Assembly: GCA_024137785.1 (NCBI GenBank)
Contig: JAHRHZ010000282.1
Span: 434,001-498,000, forward strand
From: Ginglymostoma cirratum
Taxonomy: Eukaryota
Direction: 5' to 3'
DNA: 64,000 nucleotides
In this document: in pieces, positions 53,701-64,000 of the stretch
Layout: each line of letters starts with the position of its first letter
Numbering within the stretch: the stretch's first letter is position 1
The notes under the pieces: generated by a model
What the model saw: only the letters and a program-made list of their open reading frames with translations
The model's database searches: none
What the model was told of the DNA's origin: nothing
Position numbers and translations under genes: made by a program

Positions 53701-55345
53701 CTTTCCCATTTCGTTTAGTAAATCACCAACACATTGACTTCATGTGGCCTACATTATTACAGTGAAGACATCCAAGCGTTTAGCTTCTCTTTTCACTTCA
53801 TGAGATTACTGTTTACCCTATGGCAAAATACCTTCATATCTTCACTGAGAACTCCTTTTCCTTTACCACCTGAGGATTTTTTCAACATTTTCTACCCTTC
53901 TCAAATTAAAATTGAAGTCGGAAGCTAAACTTTGACTTATGAGCCAATTCATAATCATTGGCCAATTCAGCTGCTCATCTTGCAGACTTAACTCTCAGCT
54001 CTTCCACACGAGTTCTTACGACTTCAGGAAGTGAAGTTATGATCTCCTCCAAAATAATCATTTCTCTAAGAGTGTCATAGGTTTGTCATATTTTCAATGC
54101 CCTTATCTACCAATCAAAATTAGTTCGTTTGATTCTTTCCAACTCTACATACTTTTGTCCATGCTGCTTCCTTAGATTCTTGAACCTTTGCCTGCAGGTT
54201 TCTGGTACGAGCGTTGTCTGCACTTAAGATGGCATTCCTTCAATTACTCATACTCCTCTGATACGTCGTATGTTACTGATGCAAATACTTCACTAGATGT
54301 ACCTGCCAAGTTTATTTGTTTTATCAAAACCCACATTTTCACCGGCCACGTAATTTGTTTAGCTACTTTGTCAAATTGTATGAAAAAAATGCTTCGACGT
54401 CCGTCTCGTCGAATTTGGTAAATGCTTGGACAAATTTAAACAGATCCCTACCAGGTCTTTGACTACAATGGGTTTGCTTGTCATCACTATCTTCATCCCT
54501 AAGCCCACCTCCTACTTTCACCTTCCTTTTAAGTCGACATTTATTTCTAATCGTCAATTAGAATCCCTCGCAGGCCAGGCAACCCCAATTCTAGCATTTC
54601 TGCCAATTCCAACAACTTTGTCTTGCTCACTTTTTGTAAGTCTCCCAAAGTCAACTCCTCCAAATCCAGAAAACTTTTTAGTGAATCAAACTGCAATTAC
54701 TACTCAAGATGTACCATGTTTAACCCAAACAAATTCAACACGCGAAACAAACAGCACTGACAATTACCACTCGCCGCCTTTGTGTCCACCAAACCGAAAC
54801 CCAACTTGGGATTATAGGATTTGATCCTGACGAGAGCCCCCAATTTGATATATACCAGACCCGACTGCCTCAAAATAGATTAAAACTGTAGCAAAAACCC
54901 TAAATTTTCCTTATTTCAAATGTAGTCATAAAGTGCTGTGTTCGAGATATGACGGGACTGGTAAATCTCATCTACGTTAAGCAAAACACAATTTATTTAA
55001 AACGTATAGTTAAAATACAAACAAAATAAAGAGGAACATCTGGGAAAACATAACTAATAGAAAACTTAACCGAATAATACAGACGTTATCTGTTACTAAT
55101 TAAATAGCCCATTTTAGTAATATCCCATGAACACACCACTTAGCAAAAAGGCAAATTCAGACAGAGATTCTTACATCCATAAGGGCAAAAACATCGAGAG
55201 AAAATCAAGAGACTGTAGCAGCCAAGAGGTCTTCACTGTAGCTTCGAACTGTTTTGAGGCCCCAAACAGCTTCTGATGGTAATGATCAAACCAGAACGAG
55301 AAATTTGGATCTGCGACAGCTGCTCATACCCATTCAGGCTGTTTC
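50706..55345 (-). mobile_element. Old Gypsy LTR retrotransposon (3' LTR 50706-51347; 5' LTR 54846 to ~55345)
   Basis: Two diverged direct repeats starting TGATAT on +. tRNA-Pro-like PBS (TGGGGGCTCTCGTC) beside the 5' LTR and polypurine tract AAGGGGGGAG beside the 3' LTR. Gag (FDETDVEAFF), protease (ILRNTGACQSL), RT (MYIDLLI, INLAKIEF) and RNase H remnants. Confidence 0.9.
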
Positions 55346-55455
55346 ATTGTAAAAGGAAATTGAAGTCGTTATCCAAATACAAACTGAACATCGCTATCAG
55401 TGGCGCCCACCTTGTTATGGAAAGTTCACGGAATCCATCAGCCTCTATTTAGGTG

Positions 55456-55812
55456 GAGGCGATGGCCGAGTGGAAGTATCGCTGGACTGTTAATTCAAAT
55501 ATCCAGATAATATTCTGGGGGCCCAGGTTCGAATTTTTCCAAAGCAGATGGTGGAATTTGAATTCAATAAATACCTGGAGTTAAGAATCTAATGATATCC
55601 GTGAATCCATTGCCGATTGTCAGGAAAAACCTGCCTGGTTCACTAATATCCTTTCAGGAAGGAAACTACCATCCTTACCTTGTCTGGCCTGCATATGACT
55701 CCATACTCACAGCAATGTGGCTGACTCTTCACTGCCCTTGTGCAATTAGGCGTGGGCAACACTTGCTGCCTAGCCAGCGACGCCCTCATCCCATGAATGA
55801 GTAAAGGAAAAA
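55456..55812 (+). mobile_element. tRNA-derived SINE (same family as 19539-19890)
   Basis: A/B-box-like head (GGTTCGAA) and a core alignable with the 19.5-kb copy. Confidence 0.78.
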
Positions 55813-55999
55813 TAAATGGACCCCAGAGAGTTAAAACGTAGAGGCCCTGATCATGCATTGTATAAAATCATTTGTTAAAGATTGTGGTATTTGGGAACCA
55901 GATCCAGGACTTATTTGTACAAAAAAAGAAAGAGCTAATTATTCACATAGATCGGCATCAAAAGATGACTGCAACGCTCCAAACGTTAACATAGTCAAT

Positions 56000-58065
56000 G
56001 GAAAAACAATAGGACGTGTCCCAAGTTTTAAGGTTCTAAACTGGAGCAGCGCTAATTTTGGTGTAATTGGGAAGGATCTGGCAGAGAGAGATTGAGTGAG
56101 TTTGTTTGAGGAAAAGGAACGACTGGCAAATGGGAGGCTTTGAAAAGTGTGACATCAAGAATCCAGGATCAGTATGTGCCTGTTAAGGTGAAGGGTAAAG
56201 CTGGCAGGTTTACAGATCCCTTGCTGACGAGGGATTTTGAGGGGCTGGTCAGGAAAAAGTAATCGGCATAATTTGGGTTTAAGCTATCAGGTTGAAGTGA
56301 ATCTCTAGGTGATTGTAAAATTTGTGGGGGCACACTTGAGAGGGAAATCAGAAGGGCAAAAACAGCGTCTGAGATGGATCTGGCAGATAAGGTTAAAGAT
56401 AATTGCAAGATGCTGCATAGTTATGTTAAGAATAAAAAAGGTGGCTAGGGAGAGAATATGCCCCCTTAAAGATCAGCACGGCCGCCTATGCGTGGAGCCA
56501 CAGGAGATGGTGGGAGAATTTTAATAAATATTTCTCTTCAGTGTTTACTGAGGAGAAACTCATGGATGATAGGCAAATAAGGGAATAAAGTGAGGATGTT
56601 TTGGATTACATACATGTTACCAGAGAAGAAGTGTTTGCAGCCTTAAAGCACATTAAAGTGGCTAAATCCCCTGGGACTGATCAAGTTTTAACTTAGGAGG
56701 CCGGGAGCCTAGGGGGAATAAATTGCAGACGCCCTTGCAGAGATTTTTGCTTCATCTTTAGCTAGTGGTGACGTTCCAGAAGTCTGGAGGGTGGCTAATG
56801 TTGTTCCTCTATTTAAGAAAGGCAACAGAGACAAACCAGGGATCTACAGGCCGGTGAGTGTGACATCAGTGGTGGGCAAGTTATTGGAGATGATACTGAA
56901 GTACATAATCAACCAACATTTGGATAGTCAAGGTCTGTTTAGGGTGATTCAATATGGATTTGCGCTCGGGAAATCATGTCTGGCATTTTTTTCAGAGTCT
57001 TTCGAAGTAAACTAGAGAATAGATGATGGTAGGGCAGTGGATGTTGTCTATATGTACTTTAGGAAGGCCTTTGACAATGTGACGCACAGCCGGCTAATCA
57101 TGAAGATTAGGTTGCACAGGATCCAGGAATAGCTAGCTAATTGGATTCAAAATTGGATTCCAAGCGAGCAGAATATGATGGTTGAAAGTTGTTTCTCTGA
57201 CTGGAGGCTTGTAACTAGTGGTGTGCCACAGGATTTGGTAATGGGTCCTTTGTTATTTGTTATTTATATAAATGATCCAGATGTGAATAGACAAGGCATG
57301 GTTTGTAAGTGTGCGGATCATACAAAATTAGGAGGCATTATTGGTCGCAAGGAAGGTTGTCATAAATTATAGAGGGATATTGATCAAAAGTTGAAGTGGA
57401 CTGAGGATTGGCAAATGCAATTCAATAACGATAAGTATGAGGTGTTGCACTTTGGGAAGTCAAATCAAAGTAGGACATACTGAAAATGGTAAGATACTGA
57501 GGAGTGTTCTGAAGCAGAGGGATCTTGGAGCACAAGTACATAGTTCGTTTAAAGCGGTTTCACAGGTTGACAGGGTAATGAAGAAGGCATTTAGCTTGCT
57601 GGTCTCCATCAGTTGAGGCTTTGAGTATAGGAGTTGGGATGCTACATTACAGTTGTATATGTCGATTGGGAGGCCACACTTGGTGTATAGTTTTGGTCAC
57701 CCTGTTATAGGAAAGACATAGTTAAACTGGAAAGTGTGCAACGAATATTTACGAGGATGTAGCTAGGCCTACTCGACCCAAGTCTTAAGGAGATGTTATC
57801 CAGAATAGGACGGTATCCCTTGGAAGGAAGGAGCATGAGTGATGACCCTATTGAGGTGTATAAAGTCATGAGGAGCAGAGACAGGATGAATGCAGATAGT
57901 CTTTCTTCCAGGGATGGAGATTTGAAAACTAAAGGGCATACGGTTAAGGTGACAGGGGAAAGATTTAAGAATGTTCAACGTTTCAACTTCTTCACACAGA
58001 GAGTGGTGTGTGTATGGAATTGTCTGCCAGAGAAAGTAGTTGAGGCGGGTACAGTAGCAATATTA
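56000..58065 (+). mobile_element. CR1 LINE ORF2, decayed; its tail continues at ~58530-58611 and 59398-59450
   Basis: ANVVPLFKKGNRDKPG.YRPVSVTSVVGK, VTSGVPQ..V.GPLLF, CADHTKLGG, FFTQRVV. Confidence 0.92.
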
Positions 58066-58099
58066 TATATAAAAAATGATAGGTGCTCATGGCTTAATT

Positions 58100-58172
58100 G
58101 TACTAGTGACATAATGGATACGGCACTGCCCTGCTAAATCAGGGATTGCGGGTTCAAGTCCCGTCTCAAGTG
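58100..58172 (+). pseudogene. tRNA-Arg(CCT)-derived pseudogene (anticodon now GCT)
   Basis: Colinear with tRNA-Arg-CCT: TAATGGATA.GGCACTG.CCT.CTAA..CAGGGATTG.GGGTTC.AGTCCC. Acceptor stem disrupted. Confidence 0.8.
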
Positions 58173-58211
58173 TGTTGAGTTCTGCCGTGAAGCGCTGATT
58201 GTGTTTCTTGG

Positions 58212-58527
58212 GGCGTCACGGTGGATCAGTGGTTAAAACTGCTATCTCACAGCACCAGGAACCCAAGTTCGATTCCGCGCTCGGGTGACTGTCTGTGTGG
58301 AATTTGCACATTCTCCCCGTTTCTTCGTGGGTTCCCTCTGGGTGTTCCGGTTTGCTTCCACAGGTAAAAGATATGTAGGCGAGGTGTGTTGGCCATGCTA
58401 ATGTGTGCATGGTATTCAGGGAGGTGTAGATTAGGTCGGTTATAGGGGATGGGTGTGGGTGGGATTCTCCAAGGGTTGGTGTGGACTTGTTGGGCCGGAG
58501 GGCCTGCATCCACACTGTAGGGATTAG
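58212..58527 (+). mobile_element. HE1-type (V-SINE) SINE
   Basis: Same head, core and tail as 35689-36032. Confidence 0.88.
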
Positions 58528-58611
58528 ATTCGATGGATGGGAACTGTTAAGAAGGATGTGAAACAAATGTGGGCAAGTGGAAATAGTTGAGTGGGAACCA
58601 TGGTCTGCATG

Positions 58612-59397
58612 TGTTCGGTTAGTTTTCGGAGACCCTCACGGACTTGATGCAATAACAAGACATTGACCTGTTTAGAAAAACACAAATCCTTTATTACAAA
58701 GCAAGTACAAGCTGTGGAGGATCACTGTATTCAACCTGGCGCAGAGTGCCGAGTCTCGTAAGCGATTCTCCCCAAGCAGCGGACAGTCCCTGCTTTTTAT
58801 ACCTTAACGAGTGCACAATACATAAAGCAATTTTACATCTCACAATGGCATGTTATGTGAAACAATCATTACATCAGACAATGACATGATAACACAAACA
58901 ATTACTACATCAAAAATATATAGAAAGCAGGATACATTATCCATCTTTCGCAAAGTGACTGCTAACAGCAGGAGGCGATTTCAAGTTGCTGAAGTGACAG
59001 AATGCAATTTCAAGCCGCCGAAGTGTCTGGCTTGAACAAAGATCAGTGTCCTGGCCCCTTTAGCAGAAACAATAGTTACATTCTTTATACGATTTCAGAA
59101 GTATCACACGTTTACAAACGTTGTCACCTCATCTTATTTGAGACATCTTCCACATACCCCTGTGCAGGAAGATAAAGATTTACAAAGTTTATACCTAATT
59201 CTATTCAGGCAGGAAGCTTAAGGCAGTTTCTTTTCTACTTATGTATGGGAAGATAAGGATTTGCAAAGTTTTACACCCAATTCTAGTCGGGCAGGAAGTT
59301 TTAAGGCAGTGCCTGCATACCTCTGTGTAAGCAGATAAAGAGCATTAATTTATGGAGAGTATAGAAATCAATGGGATGTTATCCCAATAACATCTCA
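58612..59397 (-). mobile_element. Solo LTR, 786 bp, TG...CA, TSD CATG, inserted in a CR1 tail
   Basis: Colinear with 25912-26697. CATG on both sides. The CR1 tail reads through once the insert is removed. Confidence 0.9.
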
Positions 59398-59884
59398 CAT
59401 GGACCGGTTTGGGCTGAAGGGCCTGTTTCTATGCTGTATTACTCTCTGATTCGCTGAATAGGAACAGCAGTACATCATTGACTCTTTGACCCTGCACCTT
59501 CCTATTCAGAATATCATGGCTGCTCTGCTTGTGGCCTCAGCTCTTCTTCTCTGTCTGGCCCCAGAATACGTTTGTACCTTATGTATCAAAACTCTGTATA
59601 ACTCCACCCTGAATATACTCAATGGCCCAACCTCCACTGCTCTGAGAGGTAGGAATTCCAAAAGCAAACGGCTCTCTGGGAGAGAAAAAAAAAGCGTTCT
59701 CACCTCCTTTAATGGGACGGCGGTAATTTTAATGTTTGCCCTCTGGTTCCAAATTCGCCAAGAAATAATATAATTCCCTCAGCATCCAGATGTTCATGGC
59801 CGCTTAAGATGTTTCATGTTCTATAACAAAACGCCACCTACTCTTGTCACTGTTTTCAGGAGCCGCATGGACCTCGTGGAACAC

Positions 59885-60260
59885 ACACGGGCATTATTTT
59901 AGTGGGCATCAGAGCCCACAAAAAGTTCAGGTTCATCGAAAATCGACAAGACACGGTGCTGGACGACGGCTGGAGGTCCATTACCCTACTCTTTGCCATC
60001 TCGTGCAGCTGTCTACTGTAGATTGACCTATAAAAGGTGTTTCCTCCACGTGCTGGCGACAGATAAGTGATACTTCACTGGCGTGGGTTGCAATGACCCT
60101 TGGCACATCTTTCAAGAAATGATGCATCTGCTCCAGTTACTCAGTTCCTGCAAAAACGTCTTCATTTACATGCGATCCCAGGTTCCATGAAGACTGAAGA
60201 AGTCGATTCTCTGTCCCTTGACCAGAATTACGAGTTTATTTAATCCATGAAAGACAAACA
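59885..60260 (+). pseudogene. GPR139/GPR142-like GPCR pseudogene, 3' fragment (ICL3 to C-terminus)
   Basis: IRAHKKFRFIENRQDTVL...RSITLLFAIS / YFTGVGCNDPWHIFQEMMHLLQLLSSCKNVFIY / LKKSILCP match the intact gene. The 5' part is absent, and a CR1 tail lies upstream. Confidence 0.85.
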
Positions 60261-60569
60261 TAGCGTAATATTCTGAGGTAGCTCCTTCATCAGAGTTTCG
60301 GAGTGAACAGCGTCCTCTTTCAAATCTAATCAAAATGTTTCGATTTCGAATCCTCACTCTCACATGACATAATACTCCGTGGTCCATGCTCAGAGAACGC
60401 TGGACCATAAGTGGCGCTGCATCCAGTGTGAGTTGCCATCTCACAATTTGTGTTAAACCTCTCAAATGAAATTTAAAATTTCGCATGGTCACAATTTCAA
60501 AAAATGAGTAAGTTTCACCGTCTGTATCGACTGCATTTATGAGTGTGACATGTGAGGCATTTACTGTCA

Positions 60570-60970
60570 GGGGTTTTCGTTTGAGGGGTCTTCATAGAGT
60601 AGACTTGGAAAGGATGTTTCGTCTTCTTGGAAAGTCTGAAAGTAGGTCCCATTTTTTGAAAGTAGGGTGCTTTATAACAGGGATAAGAAGAATTTTTTTC
60701 TCTCTCTCGGCAGGTCTTGAACCTTTGGAGCTCACTTCATGAATAGACGATAGAAGTACAGTCTTTGAATTTTTTAAGAGGCAGAAATAGATAGATTTTT
60801 GATAAACAAGAGGGTGAAAGGTCATCGAGGCTAACGTCAATGCTATGTCTGGTTACCATCAGGTCAGCCAAGATTTCATTAAATAGTGAAAGAGACTCCA
60901 GGGGTCCCAAAGTGTAACCTTGCTCCTTGTTCCAAAGCTCCCTCTTCCCTATTACATCGAGACTCTGTGC
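60570..60970 (+). mobile_element. CR1 3' tail fragment
   Basis: LRGLHRVDLERMF.L and a CR1 3' UTR. Confidence 0.7.
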
Positions 60971-63900
60971 AGAATAATGCACCACGGCTTCAGATAGCTG
61001 ACGGTCCAAGATGGTACTCTCGTACAAACGTCTTGGATGAATAAAAACCGAAAGAACTGCGTATGCTGTAATTCAGGAACAAAACCCGAAGTTGCTGCAA
61101 TAGTTCAGCAGGTTTGGCTGCATCTGTGAAGACACGTGGTTCTGAGGAAGGGTGTCTGGGCCCGAAAAGTTTATCCTGATATTGTCTTCACAGATTCCGT
61201 CAGACCTGCTGAATTTTTCCAGCAACCAATGTCTAATGTTTCCCATTTGACATTGTTTTGATCCTGGTGCAGTGATCTGTGAATAAAAGCTGCAGCTCAT
61301 AAACAGAACTCTCCGATTCTAAGTTCACAAGCAAAAGGGATATCATGTTGACACAGCCAATAACTTCTCATAAATATGTTCCATTTCATTAAACAGTTGA
61401 TTCACAGGAAATAAAAGTAAACTATGTACTCATTTTGCTGTGTGGAGTCAGAAGGAAGTGTAGCGCTGATTGTCAGTTTGGCAATTTTGCCAATGCTCTC
61501 AAACATTGAACGTGACTTTTGGATTCCTCTTTATATTCCTTCCCAAAATACGAATGACATTGCGTTTATGTTGTCCACAATGATGGCTATAAAGTACAAG
61601 TACATTCAATTGCTACTTAATTTAAAGGTACAGGTTACTGCGACAAATTTTTCCATCTTTAAACATTATTTCAAGGATCAGCTGCTCTATGGTTGCTTGA
61701 AGCTTCTACTCAAAGAGAAAACTAGATCCAATAATAATCATATTCATATTACCTCTGTTAGTATCTCCCATGTAACAAAAAATTCTTCACAACATGGGGA
61801 GAATGAATATGAGCTATAAAGGAGACAGTGATAAATGATATAATTACAAGAAGTTGTGCAAGAAGCATCTGCGTGGTGCGAGGTGATTCCAAAACACTGC
61901 AATCCAAATTATTCCTTGTCTGAGCAAAAATACATTGTGCTGCCGTACTTCACGGCTAATCCAACTAATGAAAACCGAGAACCACGTAGAGTGGGCATTG
62001 TGGCGAATGTGAGAACAGGAAAGGAAAGCTGAGTGTGAGGCTGCCTTTGTTTTGCTACTCTAATATTCACATTGAGAAATAGCGATAAACATGACTATGG
62101 CGACCTATAGCGGTGTCCCTGGGAAAATTACACTGTCAGGATAAAGTATGGACTAATGTAAATTATTATTATCCTCAGGGTAATTGAGAGAAGGTAATTT
62201 ATGATTTGAGAGATTATGATAACTGACTTATACAATCACAAGTGATAAAATTACCTGCAATTCAGCTTATTCCTGATTTTATTTTCTCTGCCTTGAATTT
62301 CTCTTTAACACTTGTGTTTGACACTCATGTTTTTTCAATGATTTTATGGTCATGTCTTCAGTAGCCTCTTTTTCTGTCCTTAGCAATTTCCTCTTTATTA
62401 TTGTGTCTTGCTTGTTTGTCTTCTAAGCCTGAGTCTGTGTCTTCTCAGTCTATTAATTTAGGTCCATTCTGAATTGCCGTCTTCTTTTTTCCTTCTGATT
62501 CTCTCTACCTTTCAGATATGATAACTGGGCCGTTTTAAATATCTGTGAATTTTTGTGGAGATGTTTTACCTGTTCATTACTTTCAAGCCTTAGTGCAAAG
62601 AGATGGGTGATAATATCTGTCACTTGGCCGTCTCTGAATTGGTATAATTTCTTCATATACTCATTTACAGGTAATGATACAATAGTAATAGAATGGACGA
62701 ATCAGAATTGAAATATGCAATGAACAATAAAAGGGTGATGCGACTTAAATATGATGATTTTGTTACCGAAAAGCCTTAAGTTTCAACCATCTTCCAGAAG
62801 AATTATATTCAGATTAGAATTTGCCAACGACTTATTTTAATCAAGTGAAAACATTCACCCATTTCCCTCTCTTGGTAACCGTATTGAACTACATTTTCTG
62901 AACATTTTATAGTTTTTCCAGCTCAAAATTGTTAAAATATTCAGATCAATGCGGCCTCTTTCATTGTTTCCATTTTGTGCTTTACTTATTGTTTCATTGT
63001 TTTCTGGAGGCATTTCATGGTGAGATTCTCCTCTGACATTTGCGTGTCATTTGTATCCAGTTTCATGTATTTTTCGCTTCTCTGTTGGCCTTAGAAACGT
63101 AATTCCTTTATTGTTAATTCTGGCTTGAAAAGATGTTAACATTCTGTCAGTGCTGTGAAATGGAAGTCCACAAATTCTTTCCGATTACCACCGCACACTG
63201 AGAAGAAATGGTACCAACTACTTCTACAGACTATTATGATTGCATCATTACATTTGGGCGAGGCAATAATTTGTGATGCAACAAATTCTCACAATATGAT
63301 TTGGTTCAGGCTGTCAACACCATCAGTTTTTAAATTTAATCGGCTTTGAATAGTTAAGGGTTTGGGTTAAATTAATTGGCCAAATTCAAACTCATTGTCA
63401 AAATATCGATAAAAAGCCTGAGGTATCTATCAACAGTCTCAATTGTTACATGTTTCAAAGTTAGAACTGTCAATATTATTGCCCATTTGCTCACAGTTCG
63501 CTTCTCCGTTTAATTCTGAGCATAAAATACTTTACCTGTTAAAGGGACCAGCCTTTGCTTTGCAATTTACGATTATTCTACCCAGCTTTGCAACACTACT
63601 CATATCCGTTTACCACTGCTTTGTTCACACTGGCTCAGACATCATTCATGATCGATTAACCACAATGACCCTCTTTTTTTTATGGAGTTTCGTTTTGGTA
63701 TATTAACGCAGTTATTGGGCCCCGAGAGGAGCCCCTTCATGCCGTAAATTTAGCAGCTGACACTTTCACTTCTAAAGCAATGCAAGATGAGATTGTATCT
63801 TTCTGTGTGTTTTCACGGGAGACTGTTCAGCTGTGAACTGTTCGTTTTTGCAAAAGTGGAAGATAATTGAAATTCTTACTCAACGACATTGAAACAGAAA

Positions 63901-64000
63901 AAAAATTACCGAGCTCCTATGGACGAGTTTCTGAGGAAAGCGGTATACCGATGGGTAGAAGCAGTGCACCCGGCTGGGCCGTTGCCTAGTTGTCACCTGA

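Noticed and set aside
25912-59397. One giant LTR element bounded by the two 786-bp repeats
   Set aside because: Each repeat has its own distinct TSD.
61915-61980. Possible D segment on the minus strand (GGTTTTCAT...AGCCGTG-AAGTACGGCAG-CACAATG)
   Set aside because: Spacers are 10 and 13 bp, the nonamers are poor, and no V or J was found nearby.

Overview
AT-rich, repeat-dense vertebrate DNA, almost certainly from a cartilaginous fish (shark), judged from the HE1-type SINEs, the CR1 LINEs with (TTCTATG)n tails and NAR-TCR-type segments. Only one gene looks intact: a two-exon class A GPCR of the GPR139/GPR142-like type (4510-4579 + 5866-6782). Two decayed paralogues lie at ~16.9-19.2 kb (-) and ~59.9-60.3 kb (+). 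Between them is a set of dead T-cell receptor alpha/delta-type segments. The main one is a fossil NAR-TCR cassette on the minus strand: leader, IgNAR-like V, J with a 22-bp-spacer RSS, then a leaderless supporting V-delta with a 23-RSS (24678-30198). Two clear V pseudogenes and one probable one lie on the plus strand. The rest is CR1, L2-like and Penelope remnants, SINEs, an old Gypsy LTR element, two 786-bp solo LTRs with 4-bp target-site duplications (TSDs), and three tRNA pseudogenes. Two of the tRNA pseudogenes sit directly upstream of an HE1 SINE inside another retroelement. Nearly all entries in the ORF track are retroelement debris or chance ORFs. Family assignments come from reading the sequence and recalled motifs, not from database searches. 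Repeat boundaries are approximate unless stated.
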